From Spirochaetia bacterium (GTDB lineage: Bacteria > Spirochaetota > Spirochaetia > SZUA-6 > Bin103): a stretch of DNA of 64,000 bases. The position numbers and the translations under genes were made by a program. The stretch lies in assembly GCA_965203515.1 (NCBI GenBank), contig OZ241907.1:2656001-2720000 (forward strand), in the 5' to 3' direction. Below, piece after piece: positions 60,551-64,000 of the stretch. The notes under the pieces were generated by a model. It did no database searches. It was not told the origin of the DNA and was given only the letters and a program-made list of their open reading frames with translations. Numbering within the stretch: the stretch's first letter is position 1; each line of letters begins with the position of its first letter.

Positions 60551-61630
60551 ATGGACAAGGCGACGGCGAAGGAGGCGGCGGGAGCCGCCGGCAGGGGCGA
60601 CCTGCAGGCGGTTCGGACGGCGGTCGCGGCCGACGCGGAGATCGCCGGCTACTGGCAGGTGTTGATGAACGCCTGCTACGGGGGTCATGCGGAGGTAGTC
60701 GCGTTCCTGATCGACCAGGGCGCCGACGTCGACGTGCTGGCGCCCACCGCGCACCGCTACCGGCCGCTGCACCGTACGGTGGAGTTCAAGAAGACCGCTC
60801 CCAAGACCGCCGGCCATGCGGAGACGCTGCGGCTGCTGCTGGAGCACGGCGCCGACCCGATGCTGCGCGGCAGCTACTACCTGGTGAGCGCGGTGACCGT
60901 GGCCGCCATGGGCTGCACGGAGTACCTGCCGGCGCTGCTGGAGCGGGTTCCGGGCGACGTCGACCTGTATACGGCGTGCGCGATCGCGGATCACGGGCGG
61001 GCGGCCTCCATGCTGGCCGATTCCCCGGCAGCGGCCGCGCGGGCCGATGCCGACTCGCGCGACGGCTCCTGGCTGCCGTTGCAGTACTGCGCCCGCTGCA
61101 AGGCGGGCAGCGATCGGGACCGCCTGACCACGGCCCGGCTCCTGCTGGAACACGGCGCCGATCCGGCCGCGGCGCTCGATCAGGCGTGCTGGGCGGACAA
61201 TGGCGTGATCGTCGACCTGCTGCTCGAACGGGGCGCCCGCCTGGGCGACGACGACACCCCGAACCACTTGGCGTGCGACGGGCAGTTCGCCATCCTGGAG
61301 TCGCTGCTGCGGCACGACGCCATCGACATGGACGGCACGCGCGGCACCGGCCATCACGGCGGCTACAACCCGCTCGGCTGCGCGGTCAACATGCGCAGCC
61401 TGCAAGGCGTCACGTGGTTCCTCGATCACGGCTGCGATCCGAACCGGGTGATGAGCGCACGCGGCGAGACCGCCCTGCACGTGGCGGTCAACTCCGGCGC
61501 CGGCGTGCCGCTGGCCCGCCTGCTGGTGGAGCGCGGCGTGGACGTCGGCCGGCGGGACGACGCCGGTCAGACCGCGCTCGACCTGGCCCGCGCCAAGAAC
61601 CGGACCAGGCTGATCGAGCTCCTGAGCTGA
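60551..61630 (+). CDS. ankyrin repeat protein
   Basis: GHAEVVAFLIDQGADV, LLEHGADP x2, GETALHVA, GQTALDLA. Confidence 0.88.
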   Translation: MDKATAKEAAGAAGRGDLQAVRTAVAADAEIAGYWQVLMNACYGGHAEVVAFLIDQGADVDVLAPTAHRYRPLHRTVEFKKTAPKTAGHAETLRLLLEHGADPMLRGSYYLVSAVTVAAMGCTEYLPALLERVPGDVDLYTACAIADHGRAASMLADSPAAAARADADSRDGSWLPLQYCARCKAGSDRDRLTTARLLLEHGADPAAALDQACWADNGVIVDLLLERGARLGDDDTPNHLACDGQFAILESLLRHDAIDMDGTRGTGHHGGYNPLGCAVNMRSLQGVTWFLDHGCDPNRVMSARGETALHVAVNSGAGVPLARLLVERGVDVGRRDDAGQTALDLARAKNRTRLIELLS

Positions 61631-61668
61631 GCCGGTCGCCGCGGCCGAAAGTCGAGCGGCCGCGCGCA

Positions 61669-62073
61669 TCATGCCTCCCCGAAGGGCAACGCGCGCAGCT
61701 CGTCCGGCAGCGGCACCGACCTGCCGGTAGCGGCGCTCACCGCGGCGTGCACGACGGTGACCGCCGCCACCTGACGGCCCGCGGCATCGGTCAGGTCGGC
61801 CGTGACCCGCAGCGAGCGGTTGCCGGCCGCGAACGCCAGGCTCACCGTCAGCGCGTCCCCGACGCGAACCGGAGCGGTGTAGTCCGCCTCGGCATGCACT
61901 ATCGGGATGCGGAATCCGCCGCCGCGCAGCAGCTCGCCCAGCGGCAACCCGCAGCGCTCCATCGCCGCCTCGAACGCCTCCTGCACCAGCTCGAACAGCC
62001 GGCCGTAGAACAGCACCCCGGCGGCGTCGGTGTGGTGCAGCCGCACGGTCAACCGGTGGCGCGTCATGCCCAT
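61669..62073 (-). CDS. acyl-CoA thioesterase (4HBT/hotdog fold)
   Basis: TDAAGVLFY, PIVHAEADY..P...GD. Confidence 0.88.
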   Translation of the reverse strand: MGMTRHRLTVRLHHTDAAGVLFYGRLFELVQEAFEAAMERCGLPLGELLRGGGFRIPIVHAEADYTAPVRVGDALTVSLAFAAGNRSLRVTADLTDAAGRQVAAVTVVHAAVSAATGRSVPLPDELRALPFGEA

Positions 62074-62144
62074 GCATCGATCATGTCACGTTTCGTTGAC
62101 CGTTGGTTGCGGTAGCCCGTAACCTTCATACCGGCCATCCTTCC

Positions 62145-63158
62145 ATGATCAAGTCGAATGACGGCGCGACGCCCGCCGCCGTGCGCGACGCCGGCGACGG
62201 CATCCGCCGCGTCATCGACAACGTCCGCACGATCATCTCGATCGACGAGCGGAAGATGGAGCACCTGCTGGCGGCCAAGCTGGCCGGCGGCCACGTCATT
62301 CTGGCCGACTCGCACGGCGTGGGCAAGACCTCCCTCGCCAAGGCGCTGGCCGCTTCCATCCGCTGGCCCGCGGCGGCGGAATCGGATCACGGCGTCGCCA
62401 TCGATCACTTCAGCCGCGTCCAGTGCACGGTCGATCTGCTGCCGCAGGACATCTTGGGCTTCAACCGCTACGAAATCGCCAGCGGCGCCTTCAGCTTCAT
62501 GCGCGGTCCTCTGTTCGCGCACTTCGTGCTCTGCGACGAAATCAACCTCCTGACCCCCAAGACGCAGGGCAGCTTCCTGCAGGCGATGGAGGAGCAGGCG
62601 GTGACCGTGGAGGGGACCACGTACCGGCTGCCGGACCCGTTCTTCATCATCGCCACCATGAACCTCAAGGGCGCCCACCTGTTCCCGTTGCCGGTACCGC
62701 AGCTCGATCGCTTCATGATCCAGCTCTCCCTCGGCTACCCCTCCAGCGTCGAGGAGGAACGCATCGTCCGGCAGCACGGGCAGGAGGACGCATGGGACCG
62801 GCTCGCGCCGGTCGTGTCGTGCGACGAGCTGGTTTCCTGGCAGCGGATGGTCGACCGCATCTTCATCCATGAGGAAGTGATCGCCTACCTGGTCGAGTGC
62901 GTCCGGGTCACCCGCCGCCATCCGGCGGTCGAAACCGGCGCCAGCCCCCGCACCGGCGTGCGGCTGTCCCGGTTGGCGCGCGCCCTGGCCCTGGTACGCG
63001 GCGAGGCGTTCGTCACGATCGATCTGGCAAAGGAGGTGCTGGCGCCCGGCGTCAGCCACCGGCTGCTCCTGGAAGACACGGCCGGCGACCCGCTCGCCGT
63101 CATCGACGAAGTTCGTTCGACCGTGAGGGCGGACCGGATACCCGTCCGCGCCGGCTGA
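62145..63158 (+). CDS. MoxR family AAA+ ATPase
   Basis: GVGKT, RVQCTVDLLPQDILG, DEIN, QAMEE, QLDRF, GASPR. Confidence 0.9.
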   Translation: MIKSNDGATPAAVRDAGDGIRRVIDNVRTIISIDERKMEHLLAAKLAGGHVILADSHGVGKTSLAKALAASIRWPAAAESDHGVAIDHFSRVQCTVDLLPQDILGFNRYEIASGAFSFMRGPLFAHFVLCDEINLLTPKTQGSFLQAMEEQAVTVEGTTYRLPDPFFIIATMNLKGAHLFPLPVPQLDRFMIQLSLGYPSSVEEERIVRQHGQEDAWDRLAPVVSCDELVSWQRMVDRIFIHEEVIAYLVECVRVTRRHPAVETGASPRTGVRLSRLARALALVRGEAFVTIDLAKEVLAPGVSHRLLLEDTAGDPLAVIDEVRSTVRADRIPVRAG

Positions 63159-64000
63159 TGGCGACCGCCTCGACGGCACGTTCCGCGCTGCGCTACTACC
63201 CGTTCACGCTGCTCGGCACCGCCTTCCTGGCCGGGGCCGGCTACCTGGCCGGCAGCGCGTTCGCCACCGACAACGGCTACGAGTTCGTGCTCGCCGCCGC
63301 CGCAGCGCTCGTGCTCGGCGTACTGGCGGTCGACGGCCGCCTGCAGGCGCGCCGGATGGCGGCGGTGTCGCTGGCCTGGGGGGAGACCGCGCAGCCGCTG
63401 TACGCCCGCACCCCGGGCGGCCTGGACCTGCAGGCGGCCGGCGCCCCCCGACCGCACTACTTCTACCGCCTGCACGCGCGGGTCACCGGCCGCCTGCGCG
63501 CCGGCAATCGGGCCGCGCTGCTCCTGCGCGCGGAGATCTCATCGGCGTCGAAGGAGCTGCCGTTCCACCTGACGCCGCCGGTGTGCGGCGATCTGGCGGT
63601 GCGCGCCCGATTGTCGGTACGCGACGTGTTCGGACTGACCTGCAGCCACCTGCCGGGGCGGGACGAACGGCGGGTGCTGGCGGTGCGCCCGGCGCCGTTG
63701 TCGATGCGCTCGACGCCGGTGATCGACGAGGCCGTGGGAGACGACACCTCCAGGCGGCGGCGCTCATCCGACGAGGAACGGTATTACATGCGCGAGTATC
63801 AGCCCGGCGACCGGCTCAAGGACATCAACTGGAAGGCTTCCAGCCGCGCCGGCGAGCTGATCACCCGCATCTCCCCGGTCAGCGAACACCGGACCCGGTT
63901 GCTGCACGTCGAGCTCCGCCACTTCCGGCCGGCCGGGCCGGAGACGCTCGACTCGGTGCTCCACCTGAACTATCTGAAGAGCTGGCTGCTGGCGTTCCTG
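63158..64000 (+). CDS. DUF58 domain protein (runs off the window)
   Basis: ATG overlapping the MoxR stop; N-terminal TMs, RDVFG, MREYQPGDRLKDINWKAS. Confidence 0.85.
   Translation, partial: MATASTARSALRYYPFTLLGTAFLAGAGYLAGSAFATDNGYEFVLAAAAALVLGVLAVDGRLQARRMAAVSLAWGETAQPLYARTPGGLDLQAAGAPRPHYFYRLHARVTGRLRAGNRAALLLRAEISSASKELPFHLTPPVCGDLAVRARLSVRDVFGLTCSHLPGRDERRVLAVRPAPLSMRSTPVIDEAVGDDTSRRRRSSDEERYYMREYQPGDRLKDINWKASSRAGELITRISPVSEHRTRLLHVELRHFRPAGPETLDSVLHLNYLKSWLLAFL

Overview
GC-rich bacterial DNA (roughly 70% GC by eye) in three parts. (1) 1-34.6 kb is mostly ordinary housekeeping and catabolic genes: DUF368, oxidoreductases, DUF58 plus transglutaminase, SDRs, PLP enzymes, a Gld-like ABC system, ALDH and the L28/L31B ribosomal proteins. 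It has two lower-GC inserts: an AAA_14/DUF4143 gene with a palindrome over its start, and a truncated NYN gene coupled to a NACHT/STAND NTPase. (2) 34.6-59.9 kb is a ~25 kb accessory region whose genes all lie on the minus strand. It is built from re-shuffled copies of a few modules: six complete, variable-length 'DKRFE' coiled-coil membrane-anchored paralogs plus a fragment, Uma2 nucleases, a shared downstream element, a double-hairpin/terminator repeat and IS21/ISL3/IS3 ends. These are interleaved with lower-GC, defence-like cargo (two UDG-like genes, ABC ATPase + TOPRIM-like gene, FRG + ankyrin, NYN with a structured leader). A collagen-like lipoprotein gene and a tandem Rpn cluster with predicted internal small antitoxin ORFs follow. 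(3) 60-64 kb holds ankyrin, thioesterase, MoxR and DUF58 genes. No rRNA, tRNA, CRISPR array or integrase was recognised. All product calls come from motif recognition by eye, not database searches.
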